A stretch of 64,000 nt of DNA from Stegostoma tigrinum (lineage: Eukaryota): positions 2,108,001 to 2,172,000 of the forward strand of contig NC_081358.1 in NCBI RefSeq assembly GCF_030684315.1, written 5' to 3'. The position numbers and the translations under genes are program-made. This document shows positions 50,245 through 63,780 of this stretch, piece after piece. The notes under the pieces were generated by a model. The model searched no databases and had not been told where the DNA came from. It saw only the letters and a list, made by a program, of their open reading frames with translations. Every line of letters begins with the position of its first letter. Position 1 is the first letter of the stretch.

Positions 50245-51370
50245 CCACACAAGTGGACTTTGATTGGCCAAGGCATTGCCATAGGTCATGCACCAAGGAA
50301 TAAATGTGTCTCTCTCTCTTTTTGGTTGAAATATCCGCAATGTATGGACATGACCTTTCTATTTACAAAGGACAGGACCTTGCACATGAAAATACATAAC
50401 TTTTGGCACAGTAAGTTCACCACATTGGAGACACATTTGATTATCTTAAATTGGTTGTTGTCTAATTCAAGATTATTTAGTAAATGTTGTGTAATCGTAG
50501 AATCACATTTTAATGTTGAGTGCTGTTTTCTGTGTGTGGCAAGTGTTAACTGCACAGGTATGGTTAGTACGCTGCCTATTATTGCTGTTTAATAAAATCA
50601 GCCAATCTTTGGTATATATGGCCTACGTATTTGGCATCACACCAGTATAGAAATTCATATACCACCTGCTGATTGTTAAACAGATGTTCTTTTTGACTTG
50701 ATGACAGAATCTTGTTAATCAGAGAATACATGTTTCTGTTGCAGTCTGAAACTTCTGTGGTTGCTTTGCTAATGCTATCAAGCTGCTACTATGCAGCAAC
50801 AACATATGGTATTTTCCACTAATAGGATGCTGCTATCAAGCTTAAAATGTTCCCTGCCTATTATGCTGAATAGTAATATGTTCCAAGAATTTTGGGACCA
50901 ATTCAGTACCAAGTATGTACACAAAACTGCCAGATTATATTATGTAGCACACCCTTTCACAACAGGTACTGTACTGACTATACCCAACTAGCCCAAGCTT
51001 AATCATCTCCATACTGCTTGATCTTAGATTTGATTCTGAGATTGGACAGCAGTTACTTAACAATTTTTTGTGTTAGAGATACACCAGGAATCAATTTCAG
51101 ATTATCAGTATGACTCAATTGTATTAAAAACTCTGTACATTCATATGTGGGGCCCTGTCTTTTGCAAACAATGCATGTCCATGCATTGCATCCTTTTCGG
51201 CCTTGGGAACACCATTCCCTGGTACGTTCCTCATGGCAATGACGAATCAGAGTCAAATTTCCTTGTTTGAATTTAAACAAAACTACAAGTAGTTTTACAG
51301 TTTACTATTCCCTGATGCATCCTCCGTGGCATTGCATCTACCAATCAGTACCACCTTCTGTTGCAGTATA
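50245..51370. mobile_element. Decayed Penelope-like endonuclease C-terminal fragments in opposite orientations (minus ~50245-50640, plus ~51020-51370)
   Basis: Minus ORF 50286..50555 (CDSTITQHLLNN...NQFKII); the plus strand has DSEIGQQLLNN...NQFQII and GPVFCKQ. Confidence 0.5.
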
Positions 51371-51798
51371 AGTTGTTGTTATCTTTGAGATTTTGTATTA
51401 TTGTGATTCTGCTGTGATTGGCAAAACAATAAAATTCAACAGATTGGCTATTGCTGGGAGAAAAAGACAATCTGTTAATGGCACAAAGATTGGCAATATT
51501 GTAAGCAGAGGAGATAGAACCATAAAATTATAAAAAGATATCACAGCTTAAGTGAATAAGCCAAGTTACCTAATGGATTTTAAAGTTGGCAATTCTAGAA
51601 ATATAGGTAAAGCATGTCTTTAATGATATCATAAATCATTTAAAAATAATAGGAAAAATAGTCTGATGTATGGAAGTACTTTATGATAAGGAAGTGTCTC
51701 CTTATGTAGGAATAGGAGCTAGCTAGTCAGCCCCTCAAACCTGCTCTCCTACTCATTGAGATCATGGCTGATCTGTGACGTAATGTCATTAACCCAGC

Positions 51799-51927
51799 GA
51801 TAGTAGGAACTGTTGATGCTGGAGTCTGAGATAACAAGGTTATGAAGCTGGAGGAACACAGCAGGCCAGGCAGCATCAGAGGAGCAGGAAATCTGACGAT
51901 TTGGGTCTGGACCCTTCTTCAGAAAAT
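51799..51927 (-). mobile_element. Diverged family A Penelope pseudo-LTR end with tail
   Basis: GATAGTAGGAACTG...GATAACAAGG...GAACACAGCAGGCCAGGCAGCATC; candidate TSD TCATTAACCCA / TCATTAGCCCA at 51786-51796 and 51928-51938. Confidence 0.7.
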
Positions 51928-53242
51928 TCATTAGCCCATCTTGTCCCATATCTCCTGATGCCTTTGGATAATAAAAATTATCTCTGCTATAAACTTTAAA
52001 ATTTGCAGGTGACCTAGCATTAATTGCCACTTTGAATCTACAAAGAATAAATCCAAAAATCGAAAAAGTGAATAGCCAGAAACAATTGGTTGGTCTTTAT
52101 GCGTATATCACTAAAATGTCTCTCATACAGAAAATCATCAGAACACCTTCTGAAATGTTGGTCTTTGCATTTTAGTCTTGAAGATACAAGGGGATAAAAG
52201 TTGTTTCACAGCAATACAAAACCCTGGTTAGAATCTGGAATACTGAGATAATTTCTGAGCACCATAACTTAGAAAGGTTATATTGGCCTTGGAAGAGAAT
52301 ACCATGTAGAGTTACCCGAATGATCTTCTGGAATGCAAGTGTTAAATTAAAGAAAATTTCATAAATGCAAGTTGCATTCCAGGAGTTTAGACAGTTAAGG
52401 GGATGATTTAGATGAAATTTTCAGGTCACTATGGGAATAGATAGGAATAAATAGAAACTCTGCTGATTGGGAAGCCTAGGACACCCAATTCTCTCAGGTA
52501 AAATTAGGAAACTGTCCTATATGTGAATAGTAGGTTTGCAACTCTCTTCGAATGGCAAGATCGGAAATTGAAGCTAAAGTAGGCTATTCGGTCCCTCAGG
52601 CCTGCTTTACCATTTAACTAGATTGTGGCTAATGATCTGCTTAACACCATTTTCTTGAACTATCCCCATATTCCTGGGTATCTTTAATATCTAACATATT
52701 GATCAATTGCTTGACTCTATTCAAGGGCTGAACCTCCACAAACCTGAGGGGGGTGCATAATTCCAAAGATTCGTTGCCTTCAGTTAAAAAAGAAAATTCC
52801 TCATTTCATTCCTAAATGCCCTGCCTTTTGTTCTAAGATGGTGATCCCTAATTCTAGACACCCCAGCCAGGGAAAACTATCTTTCCTGCATCTACACTAC
52901 CAATTCCTGTAGGAATTTTGTGTGCTTCACTGGTAGATATATTAATTTTCAAGCTGAAAGTGATTAGATCTTTTGCATATAATGAATTGGATAATGGAAG
53001 AAAGGTAGCTATATAGAATTAAGTTATAGATCAGTCATGATCGTACTCAAATAGTGGAGCAAGTTTGAGGCATCTAATGGTCTTCTCCTATCCGGAGACA
53101 CTTTGATTTAATTACTTAGATATTCAAGAGTATTCCTTTTATGTAATTTTTACATGATCTTCGATATAGTTAAATACATTTATTTGCCAAGTTATTCTAT
53201 ATTTATTTTGTGACTCTCAAAATTTTATCTTGATTCCCAGTG

Positions 53243-53606
53243 CAGTGAGCCTTTTATTAACCGGCACCTCTGGGACTAAGAGTGTACTGCTTGATCAAAT
53301 ATTTCAGATAATCAAGAGGTCCATGTAATCAATGTAAAAACATACACTAAGTAATAGAAAGATAATGCAGGGTGTATACACATCACTGCTACTTTATTTA
53401 CAGCACAGATTATTTAAATAATAATGTACCTTTGCCTTAAATAAAACTTGCCACCAGAGAGCCTTCTCACTTGTACCTTAAACTGACTACTTGGACATCG
53501 CAGAGATTACAATAATACACTAAATATCCGGTATTTCAGGCATATACTTATGCCGGTTTATCGAGAGTGCTGGTTCATAAGGTGCTCGTTAAAACAAAGA
53601 TTGCTG
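53243..53606. mobile_element. Probable old Tigger/pogo-like MITE
   Basis: Degenerate terminal inverted repeats CAGTGAGCCTTTTATTAACCGGCAC and GTGCTCGTTAAAACAAAGATTGCTG; the right end is followed by TA. Confidence 0.45.
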
Positions 53607-56600
53607 TAATATAAATTTGAAGTGAAACATAAATGCTAGTTTCTGATTATTTGTATTGTAAAACATGTGGCAATCAAGCTCATTTGGTAGTTGGTACACT
53701 ATTTTTTAATACTCACTTGAGGGATTGTGGGCTTCATTGGCTGAGCCAGGATTGGTTGCTCATCCTTAGTTGGCCTGAGATTTGGTAATTGAATAAATCC
53801 CATCGTAGCTTTTACATCCTTAATATCTTTAAATTTGTTCAGAATTTATTTATATACCCTATAGCGTCAACAATATCAGTATTTAACTGTCATCCTCTGA
53901 AGAAGTAACAATTCATATACAGTTCAAAGAATGCCACAAACTTGTCTGTGCCATGTCAAGTAGACATTCTGCATATATACTTGCAGAAAACAGTTAATAT
54001 TCTATTCCAGTTCAGCACTGGAGCTGAACTGAAACCTTATCCCAATCAGTGACCTGATACACATACCCAGTAAGAATAGGAACTCGAATTTTCTTTTACT
54101 TTTGTCTGGGCTCTTAGGGTCAGTGCTGGCCTAGCTGTTATCAGGTAAAGTAATAAAGATTGTTCTTATTTTCTGTGGCTTTGCAATCATGCAAATAATT
54201 TACACTGATGTACTAAGTGCTAAAGTTTTCCATATCAGTTATTTCTAATGATTACACCTTATTTCAAAATAGGTTAATCTTTTGATCTGTATTTCTTCTT
54301 TTGGTGGTGCTAGTTATAAATGCATGTTGCTCAAAAAAAAGAAAACTCTGTCCACAAAAGACAGAAAAAGGCTAAATGAAATTTCCTGTTTCATTAAACT
54401 GATCTATTATCAACACAATATTCAGGATATGCATGGATTGCAGAAAACTAGAATGCTGGTACAGCAGGTAATAAGAAAGGCAAATAGAATTTTGACATTT
54501 ATTTCTAAAGGAATAAAGTGCAAAAGTAGGGAGAAGTTGATGCAACAGTACAAGGCATTAGTGAGGTTGCACCTGGAGTATTAAGTATAATATTTGGCCC
54601 CCTTCCTGGAAAGGAATGTAGTTGCATTGGAGACAGTTCAAAAGAGGTTCACTAGATTGAACCTTGTACAATGGAACTGGGATACACTCTCCATCTCTAT
54701 GAATGGATAACTCAACCCTTCTCCAGCAAGATAGTTTGCCTAGCCACTGTACCCCTGAGAATTGTTATGAGCTTGGACCCTTGCTTTGAAGAAAAAGGGG
54801 TTATCTACCCTTTCAATAAAAACCCTTTACATACAGATGAGAAATGTACTACTTCCACGCTCTCAACAGTGTCCACTTTCTCAGTTGTAGTTAAAGCTAC
54901 AACCTGATATGTGACCTTTTCCTTCTGAGTTTCCTTTTCAGACTCCTTGCAAACTCCAATATGCCCTAAAGATTTCCCTTTCAATTTCTAGCATTGTGAA
55001 CAAACGAACATCTTGGCTTCTGATTTTCCCCTGGTCTCTTAGCACTTGCTTTCTGATCTGAGGAGACCTTGAGGCATTACCAGCTATCCAAATTGTCCAT
55101 TCCTTATGTTGGCTACTTTCAGACTTCTACTTCTGTCCTTTTCAAACTTATGAGAATGATAGAAAAATGTTTCATTTTAATGGTTTAACTCATCATCAGT
55201 TATTATTGCCACCAGTAACAGTAGTGGCAACGTTTTGGTCCTTATTATGAAAGGTAGAGAGTTCTTAAATTTCTTTAAGAGCTTCATATGATCTTATCCA
55301 CCTGTGACTTTGCTAACTCTATTGAATTCAAAATAAATGCTTCAGGAAAAGTTTTTTTTTCTTGTTTAAGCTGATTATTTTTACTGCAGAGAACAGATAT
55401 CTTCTGCTTGAAAGAACTACTACAGACTGTGTCTGCTTCTCTCTGTGTCTCTCCAGCCCCCTCTATCTCTTTCATCCTCGCATGAGTACCGCCCCCCCCT
55501 CGCCTGCCCAGCCCCCCAACTTACCTACAATTCCAATCCTCATTTACTGCAAACCAATCATCTTCTGAGTTGTTTACGTAACTCCTGAGTGCAAAAATAA
55601 AGAACTTTTTATAGATTCAAAAATAGAAAGGCACAGTCTTTACAATTTGCTGTTTGCTAACTTAATTCATGCCGCTGTTACTTCATTTACTATGAGCTCT
55701 AATTTTGCATGGTAAACTTTTGATTTGGCACGTTATTAAATGGTTTTGAAAATTTAAGACTACAGGTTCCCTTTTATCAACCTTGCTTGTTATTCCTCGA
55801 TGAATGTTGTTAAATTAATTAAACACAATTCCTTTCATTAAACCATGTTGACTCTGCCTGATTTCATTATAGTTTTCTAAATATCCTGTTTTCATTTTCT
55901 CCTCTTTCTTGAATAAAGATATTACACTTATAGTATCTAAGGCACTTTGGAAGATTCTAAGCAGTGTTTAGCTATTGCTGCAGTTACTTCTTTATAAGAC
56001 CCTTTGACAGCAGTCTAAGACCCAAGGAGACAGTATCATTTAGTTTATTCAAAGCTGAAGTAGATAGATTTCAACAGAGAAGGGAGTCAAGGTTTATGGA
56101 GGGCAGATTAAAAAAGGGGGATTTGAGACCACAACGTGATCAGCCGTGATGATAAATCTAAAGTAGTGTGGATACTGGAAATCTAAATCAAAAACAAAGT
56201 GCTGGTGAAACACATCATGTTTGGCAGCATCTGTAGAGAGAAACGTTGACTTTGTTTTCTCTCTGCAGTTGCCTCCAGACCTCCTGTTTCTCCACACTCT
56301 TTTTGAGATCAGCTATGACATTATTGAATGATGCTGCAGGTTTCAATGCCCTATTTCCACTCTTAAATCCTAGATTTTAATTACACAGTGACAGCAAAAT
56401 ATGCTAATCGACAATGCATTGAAACCAATGAGTCAGCAATGTATCAATTCGCCTGAATGGCATGATTTTCAAGCTCTACCAAATAAGTGGTTGATGAAGA
56501 CAATATAGCAATAAACCCAAAGTATTTCAGTAACAAGTCTCACTTGATCAGTCAAAGAGGGTTCGCTCTCTTGCAAAATGAATATAGGTCATCTTGAATG

Positions 56601-59600
56601 TGTAAGGAGCTCTTCCCTTTGCTCAGTTCTGTCACCTGATGTGACTTGGAGTTTATTATTAGAGGCAAGCTGTAACAAGTCAGCAAAGAATGTGTATTTT
56701 TAAAAGAATTAGGGGAGAGATGAAACATTTATAAGATTTATAAAGCGACCTGTCGTGATCTGGATCTCGGCCTGAAAATGCGGTGGAAGCATATTCAATG
56801 GGATTTGAAAGGAAATATTTGGAGGGTGAGTTGGAGAGTGGGGTTAATTGCATAACTTTTTGAAGATTAAACATAACTCATTTTATACTGTTCTAATTCC
56901 ATGGTAAGCCAAATGGCATAGCCTAAGAGAAATACTTATTATTGGAAGAGGGAGTGACGTGGCTGCTACAACACAATCAAATTATCATGAAGGAATTACG
57001 TTGTGTTTCTCTCTGCTTGCCATTTTGGACCACTTTGTAGTATACTTAATTTGCAGAATGAGGAATATGTTGCAAGACAGGCAACACTTTCTAGACATCT
57101 AGTTTTAAGTTTTGAAGTTAAGTTGAATTATTAGTGCATTCAGTTCACAATACATTTGACCTCAAAGTAGTTATATCTACATAAGGGATGTACATATTGT
57201 CTTTTAGGTGGATAGGATGGGAGCTCAATACTCACCCTCCACCGTACAAGACGTTTATTGTACTCACAGCCTAAGATTGCCTGATCGATTCTTCAAAACC
57301 CGAATAGAGGTACACTGACCAGGTTCTATTTCTGTGATAGTTGGGTTGAGACAAGGGCATCATTACCTGATATAAAGAGGGGTAAGAACATTTAATTTTG
57401 TGGAATTATTTATTGGGTTTTCTATAGATTAATAGATAGAATAATGATCCATAGTTTAGTTATTAATAGCTTACTAGATAGTTTACTATTTTCTGATGTA
57501 GCCAGTGTAGTTTGTTTAGGAAGAGTTAAAATTGCATTTCACTGCTTATGCATTTTATGATTCCAGTCATTTGATCCACAGGGATTCACCGATATGTACT
57601 TTAAATAAGTAGAGATTTAACTGAATTCCTGTCAGAGAATGTATCAAAAAGTCATGCTGAATTATGGTCCACCTTTCAAAAGGAGTGAATATAAAGGTGC
57701 ACACAATTTCCTAAGAAAGGAATAGGCCATTCAGCCCCTTTAAACTTGTCCTAATGTTTACATAGATCATAAGCAAAATACTGCAGATACTAGAAATTTG
57801 AAGTAAAAATAAAATGCCAGAAATACTTAGCAGGTCAGACCATTCTCTCTCAAGGTCTGGCTGACTGCTGAGAATCTGCAACATTTCTGTAAATTTCATT
57901 TCATTTCATTTAGGCCATGCCTGATATGTTGTTAACTGAGATCTAGTCAAGTGATTAATTGAATAGATATATGGAATGCTCAGCATTTTAAAATGCAGCA
58001 CATGACAGTGAGAAATACAATGGGAAAGAACTTTAAATGAATGATTTCAATACAGGTGCACAAGGAATCGTATTGGAATTTGCTAATGGCATTGTCTTAA
58101 GCCAATGTTTAATTGAATGAAGCGTGCTGTAAATTGTAAAGATGAGTCTAGTTCAGCAGAATTAGCAGTTCCAGAGAATTCAAAAATAGGAAATGATGTG
58201 CACTCTAAATGTTTAAGGTGTAAAAAGAAGTGCAGAAATAATGAAAAGTTGGGTTAGGAGAATAGGTTTCAGGAAAGTAACTACAAGAATGCATGGTTTT
58301 ATGCATCATATCAATTCTTCATGATAGTGAATTTGTACATGACTTCAGTGATACAATGGTTGGAATATGATGTGGAATCAACATGTAGGCAGGTTATTAG
58401 AATCTCATAACAATTCATTAGTACTGAAGCAGGAAATAGATGGCATGAATAAAGATGTAAAAGAAAATTGGATTATCTCTTGTTAGAACAGAAACGGTTA
58501 AAGATAGTCTTAAATATTAAAATTTTGAGCAAACAGTGAATTGTTGAGTCCATAGGTTATGTCACCTACAACACTGTCTGAGGGCTATCACTGGGGGAAT
58601 GAAAGAGAGAATTGGAATAATTCTTTGGTGCACTGACAACTTAGAAGATATTTCTGCAGTATTTTTCGCCACCTCAATGTATATCGGACTTCTGATTTGC
58701 TGTTCCCTTTGTACATATCACCTGACCAGTGCATCACTCCATCAGTTGTGACCCACAATTGTACAACGCCTCCCCGGGACATGTTTCACTGCCCTTTCAG
58801 TATTTACTTGCAAAGTATCAACCTTTAATATGTGCTCCAATTTCTGGAGTGGGAGCTAAACTTCTGACAGCCTGGATTAGAAGCGATGCTGCCTTTTTGA
58901 GAGTGGAATATTTTCTGGGAATACCTATAGAGGCAGAGACTACCATGTCACTTAAAATGATTTATAATTGTGCTTGAAGCTATATAAAGTATACAGGAAG
59001 GTGGAAGTGGAGGCAGCTCCACTTAAGTCTCTACCACCAGTGGTTAGGACTGAGATATGATGAGTAAAGTTTTCTGTCATGACTAATTGTAGGTTTTCTC
59101 AGTACTGAATTTCAAACAAAAGGAGCCATCATCCAGGTTTATTATAGAACAAGGTTTCTTCTTCAAAGATGCAGAATTGGTTAACATTCTTTTGATCCCA
59201 GCTGATAATTCTACTGGACAAGTCAGATCCCAGAATGAACTCTGTCCTGATGAATTTTGTGTAAATTTTATTTAATTTTGTGGTCACTCAGTGAAATATA
59301 GTCTCACAAATTTGCAGAATTTCTTTTGCAATAGAATAGACATTTATTACACAAAAGATGAAAACACCGGGCTATCTAAATGTAGAACACGTTATAAAAC
59401 AGACAGTAAATCAAAGTTTTCAACCTGCTTTTCAATACCATAATTCTACCAAAATTCAGATCCAGAGAAATGAACCCTCTGTATCTATTCTTTAAGTTTT
59501 AGTACCTGATTCACCTGCTTTTGACTCTAGTCAGAGCAACTTTGAACTAACCTAAAATCTTTCAATCTCTAGGTTTTCTAAACCAAAATAAATCTCTGAC

Positions 59601-59988
59601 TATTCTAAAAGTGACTATAAACCAGCAAAATACACACTATTTTCCATTAACATTCCAAGGGTTTGTAAGTCGTCTACTCTCTGAAACATACTGAATCAAG
59701 TCTCACTGTTCTGGAAGAAATGTCTGACCTGTTTTTGTTACAATTCCTTCCTAAGGTAACCATCACCCATATACCATTATTTTCAAATACAAGCACAAAA
59801 TTAATTTATATATTTCTAAATCCTGTCGTTCAACACAGTGCAGCTTCTAACAGGAAAGTGTAAATATTACACTTCTAATTAACCACAAATGAACGCCTAT
59901 TCATGTCCAGATAAAAGAGAAAGAAACAAAGGGTAAGGTTTGGAATATTTTTATCCATTTGTTATTCTGACATTCATAAGTGGGTAAT

Positions 59989-60810
59989 ATAGAACATTAG
60001 AACATAGAACATTACAGCACAGTACAGGCCCTTCGGCCCTCGATGTTGTGCCGACCTGTCATACCAATCTCAAGCCCATCTCACCTACACTATTCCCTGT
60101 ATGTCCATATGCTTGTCCAATGACGACTTAAATGTACCTAAAGTTGGCAAATCTACTACCATTGCAGGCAAAGCGTTCCATTCCCTTACTACTCCGAGTA
60201 AAGAAACTACCTCTGACATTTGTCCTATATCTTTCACCCCTCAATTTAAAGCTATGCCCCCTCATGCTCGCTGTCACCATCCTAGGAAAAAGGCTCTCCC
60301 TATCCACCCTATCTAACCCTCTGATTATTTTATATGTTTCAATTAAGTCACCTCTCAACCTTCTTCTCTCTAGTGAAAACAGCCTCAAGTCCCTCAGCCT
60401 TTCCCCGTAAGACCTTCCCTCCATACCAGGCAACATCCTAGTAAATCTCCTCTGCACCCTTTCCAAAGCTTCCACATCCTTCTTATAATGCGGTGACCAG
60501 AACTGTACGCAATACTCCAAGTGCGGCCGCACCAGAGTTTTGTACAGCTTCACCATAACCTCTTGGTTCCGGAACTCGATCCCTCTATTAATAAAAGCTA
60601 AAACACTGTATGCCTTCTTAACAGCCCTGTCAACCTGGGTGGCAACTTTCAAGGATCTGTGTACATGGACACCGAGATCTCTCTGCTCATCTGCACTGCT
60701 AAGAATCTTACCATTAGCCCAGTACTTTGCCTTCTGGTTACTCCTGCCAAAGTGCATCACCTCACACTTGTCTGCATTAAACTCCATTTGCCACCTCTCA
60801 GCCCAGTTCA
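59989..60810 (-). mobile_element. CR1 (HER1-like) LINE 3' portion, young copy
   Basis: ORF 60128..60811 (WAERWQMEFNADKCEVMHFG...LYKTLVRPHLEYC); (TTCTATGT)-type tail at 59989-60012. Confidence 0.94.
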
Positions 60811-61499
60811 TCTATCCCAGACACTGGGATTTTTGAAAAATTAGCTTGCTGAGGAAATAGTGAGGATTCTTCCAGATGCTCTTTGTGCGGAGAGTTCTAG
60901 TTTCGTAACAAGCAGCAGAGCTAAACTGGGCATTTTTTTCCCCCCCTTGCTTCACCAAGCTATTGTTCAACTACAGGTCTAAAACTATCTGCAAACCTGT
61001 GAAACAATAGCCACAAAACCCTGTCATAAAAACAGTCAGGTGTTTTCCCTCAACTAAGTTCAGGTAACTAAGTCCAGCCATTTTCTGGAACTGTGTCATT
61101 TCCAAGAAATGCCTTTGCTAAATACAAGTTCCAGGATCTTTTCATTAACTTAAAAAAAACACAATGCATATATTCATAATCCTTCTTTATTCAAGTCCAC
61201 ACAAATTATGAAATATGAAGTCATCATGTTTGCCACCTTTGAAATAATAAAACACCATTTCCAAATGTGTTTCATTGCACAGTATAAATAAGAACTAAAT
61301 ACAAATAAATTATACACCCACTTGTTCTTTTTCTTGTAACCGATACAGTTATGTCCGACACTTTCTGTATTTGAATAATTCCAACAATTGCATTTTTAAC
61401 AAGGCATCAACAATTACATTGTTTACAATGCTGGTAAAAATAGTCTCTAACCGATAAGTTAGTAGCACTACGTTCCACCAAAAATGTCTGTCATTTTTG

Positions 61500-61873
61500 G
61501 ATTAGATTACATTCCCTACAGTGTGGAAACCAAACCACTAGAACATAGAACATTACAGCACAGTACAGGCCCTTCGGCCCTCATTGTGCCGACCTGTCAT
61601 ACCGATCTCAAGCCCATCTAACCTACACTATTCCATGTACGTCCTTTGGCCCAACAAGCCCACACCGCCGCTTGCAGCATCTCACCCAGGCCCATCCCCC
61701 TATAACCCACACACCCCTGAACAGTACAGGAATTTAACATGGCCAATCCACCTAGCCTGCACATCTTTGGACTGTGGGAGGAAATCGAAGAAACCCCCGC
61801 AGTCACCCGAGGCTGAAATCAAACCTGGGTCCCTGGTGCTGTGAGGCTGCAATGCTAACCACTGAGTCACCAT
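61500..61873 (-). mobile_element. V-SINE (HE1-like) with a CR1 3'-end fragment inserted at ~61540-61642
   Basis: Minus head ATGGTGACTCAGTGGTTAGC, V-domain, SINE tail; the insert matches 59999-60103. Confidence 0.85.
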
Positions 61874-62710
61874 GTGGTTAAGGGATTTTATTAAATATAA
61901 ATCTGTATCCTTGTAATCATGAGGTATAAATGTGTCAAATGTTAAAGATCCAGTAGAAATCCCAAGACTTCCTTTTTCAATGTAGAGTATCACTTTTTGT
62001 GTTGATTTAGTTTGTAACACCAGTGCAATTAGTGTTAGGATATCATCTGACGTCATTACTAGTCAAGTTGCATCCCAGATTGAAATCTGACATGATTCTC
62101 CTATTTAACAAAGTGATCTTTCACTTAAAACCAAATTTGCAGTATTGTGTGCTTGTGTTTAACAATGAAACAAGTTTTATTATGTAAAAACAAAGGCGAT
62201 AAAATAAACTAAACTGTTATTTCCATATAACACAATTTGAAAGATTTAGATACACAGTAAAAATATAATTCCATCTATTCCAACACACTTTTACAGTACT
62301 CATACCAGTTCTCTATCACATCTCCAGGTTTAACTTTACTGTTACTTTCAGTTCATGGTCTTGAGAGTTTGACAGGCTTTCACTTGATAGCCACAACTGA
62401 GCTTAGACTTTTTCAGCTTTGCGTAACTTCTTCAAGATTCTTACCAAACACTTCTGGTGTAAAACGTCCAATCTAAAATCAATACACTGACTTAAGTTAT
62501 TTCCTATCAGTTCTAAGGTATCTCATTTCTTCAGGAGAATCTGTTTCACAGATCCAATTTCCACCAGAACCTCTGCATACTGGAAAAAAAAATCTAAGCT
62601 ACTGGTTTCTGAAGCAAAGAATAAAGATTCCTGATCCTTCTAACTGACAACAAGCTAATGCACTTCAGTGTTTATTCTATCCATTTGTAAAACCTGTCAA
62701 TCGAAACATA

Positions 62711-63010
62711 GGGCAGCAGAGTAGCATAGTGGTTGACACTGCTGCCACACTGTGCCAGGGATCTGGGTTCAATTCCAGCCTTGGGTGACTGTCTATGTAA
62801 AGTTTTCATGTTTGCCCTACATCTTTCATTTCCAGCAAGCGCTTCGGTTTCCTCCCACAGTCCACAGATGTGCAAGATAGGTGAATTAGCCATGGTAAAT
62901 GTGGGGATATGATGATAGGGTGGGGGAGTGGATCTGGGTAGAATTATCTTTGGGGGATCAGTGCAGACTTGATGGGCCTCTATCTGCACTGTAAGGATTT
63001 TGTAATTCTA
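62711..63010 (+). mobile_element. V-SINE (HE1-like), diverged
   Basis: GTAGCATAGTGG A box, GGTTCAATTCC B box, GGTTTCCTCCCACAGTCC V-domain. Confidence 0.85.
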
Positions 63011-63337
63011 AAATTCCCCCTTCCCACCCAAGGGACTCTCTCATTCTGGTTGTAAAAAAAAATCATGGCTCAACAAAAAGTGAAAAGTTAATCGTTAAAA
63101 GCCTCATAAACACAAACCAAAACTCTCTGGTTCCAACTCCAAAACCTGTAATAAATTACATCAAAGTATATGTTAATCTCACATCTTACAAGACTTTTAC
63201 CACGAAGTCACTAGCATCGATCATTTCCTTAAAGGATTTAAAGAAATTAGTAGCAGCCATTGCCCATTCACTGATCAAGCTAGCTTTCAGTTTCTCAAAT
63301 GTTGCCTCAAACTCCCAGCCTTCCCTTTAGAATGAAC

Positions 63338-63780
63338 AAGACCATAAGACGTAGGAGGAAAATTAGTCCATTTCGCCCAGCAAGTCTGTTTCACCTTTCA
63401 GTGAGATCATAGCTGATCTGTTAATCTTCAATTTCACTTTCCACCTTTTACGCCATAACCTTTGATTCCCTTACTGATTTAAAAAATCTGTATCAACTTT
63501 GAATGTGCTTCATGACTGAGCGTCAACAGCCCTCTGCAGTAGAGAATTCTATGGATTCACTACCATCTGAGGTTATACCCTCTGGAGTTGGACTCTCCCA
63601 CAAGGCAAAAAAATCTTTCTGTATCTATCCAATCTAGCTGCCTAAGAATCCTATATGCCTCTTGTTCTTCTTTATTCCAATAAATATAAGTCAAATCTGC
63701 TCAACCTGTCCTTATGAAATAATCCTCCTGTACCTGTATCAACCTAGTGAACATTCTCTGGATCATTTCCAATACCAGTA
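63338..63780 (-). mobile_element. Old CR1 3' fragment
   Basis: AAGACCATAAGACGTAGGAG tail as at 21414; degenerate ORF2 C-terminus on the minus strand. Confidence 0.65.

Noticed and set aside
25990-57900. Additional decayed pseudo-LTR-like fold-backs (~25990, 27985, 32810, 56165, 57775)
   Set aside because: They are probably older PLE ends, but hammerhead cores and TSDs are eroded, so they are not called individually.
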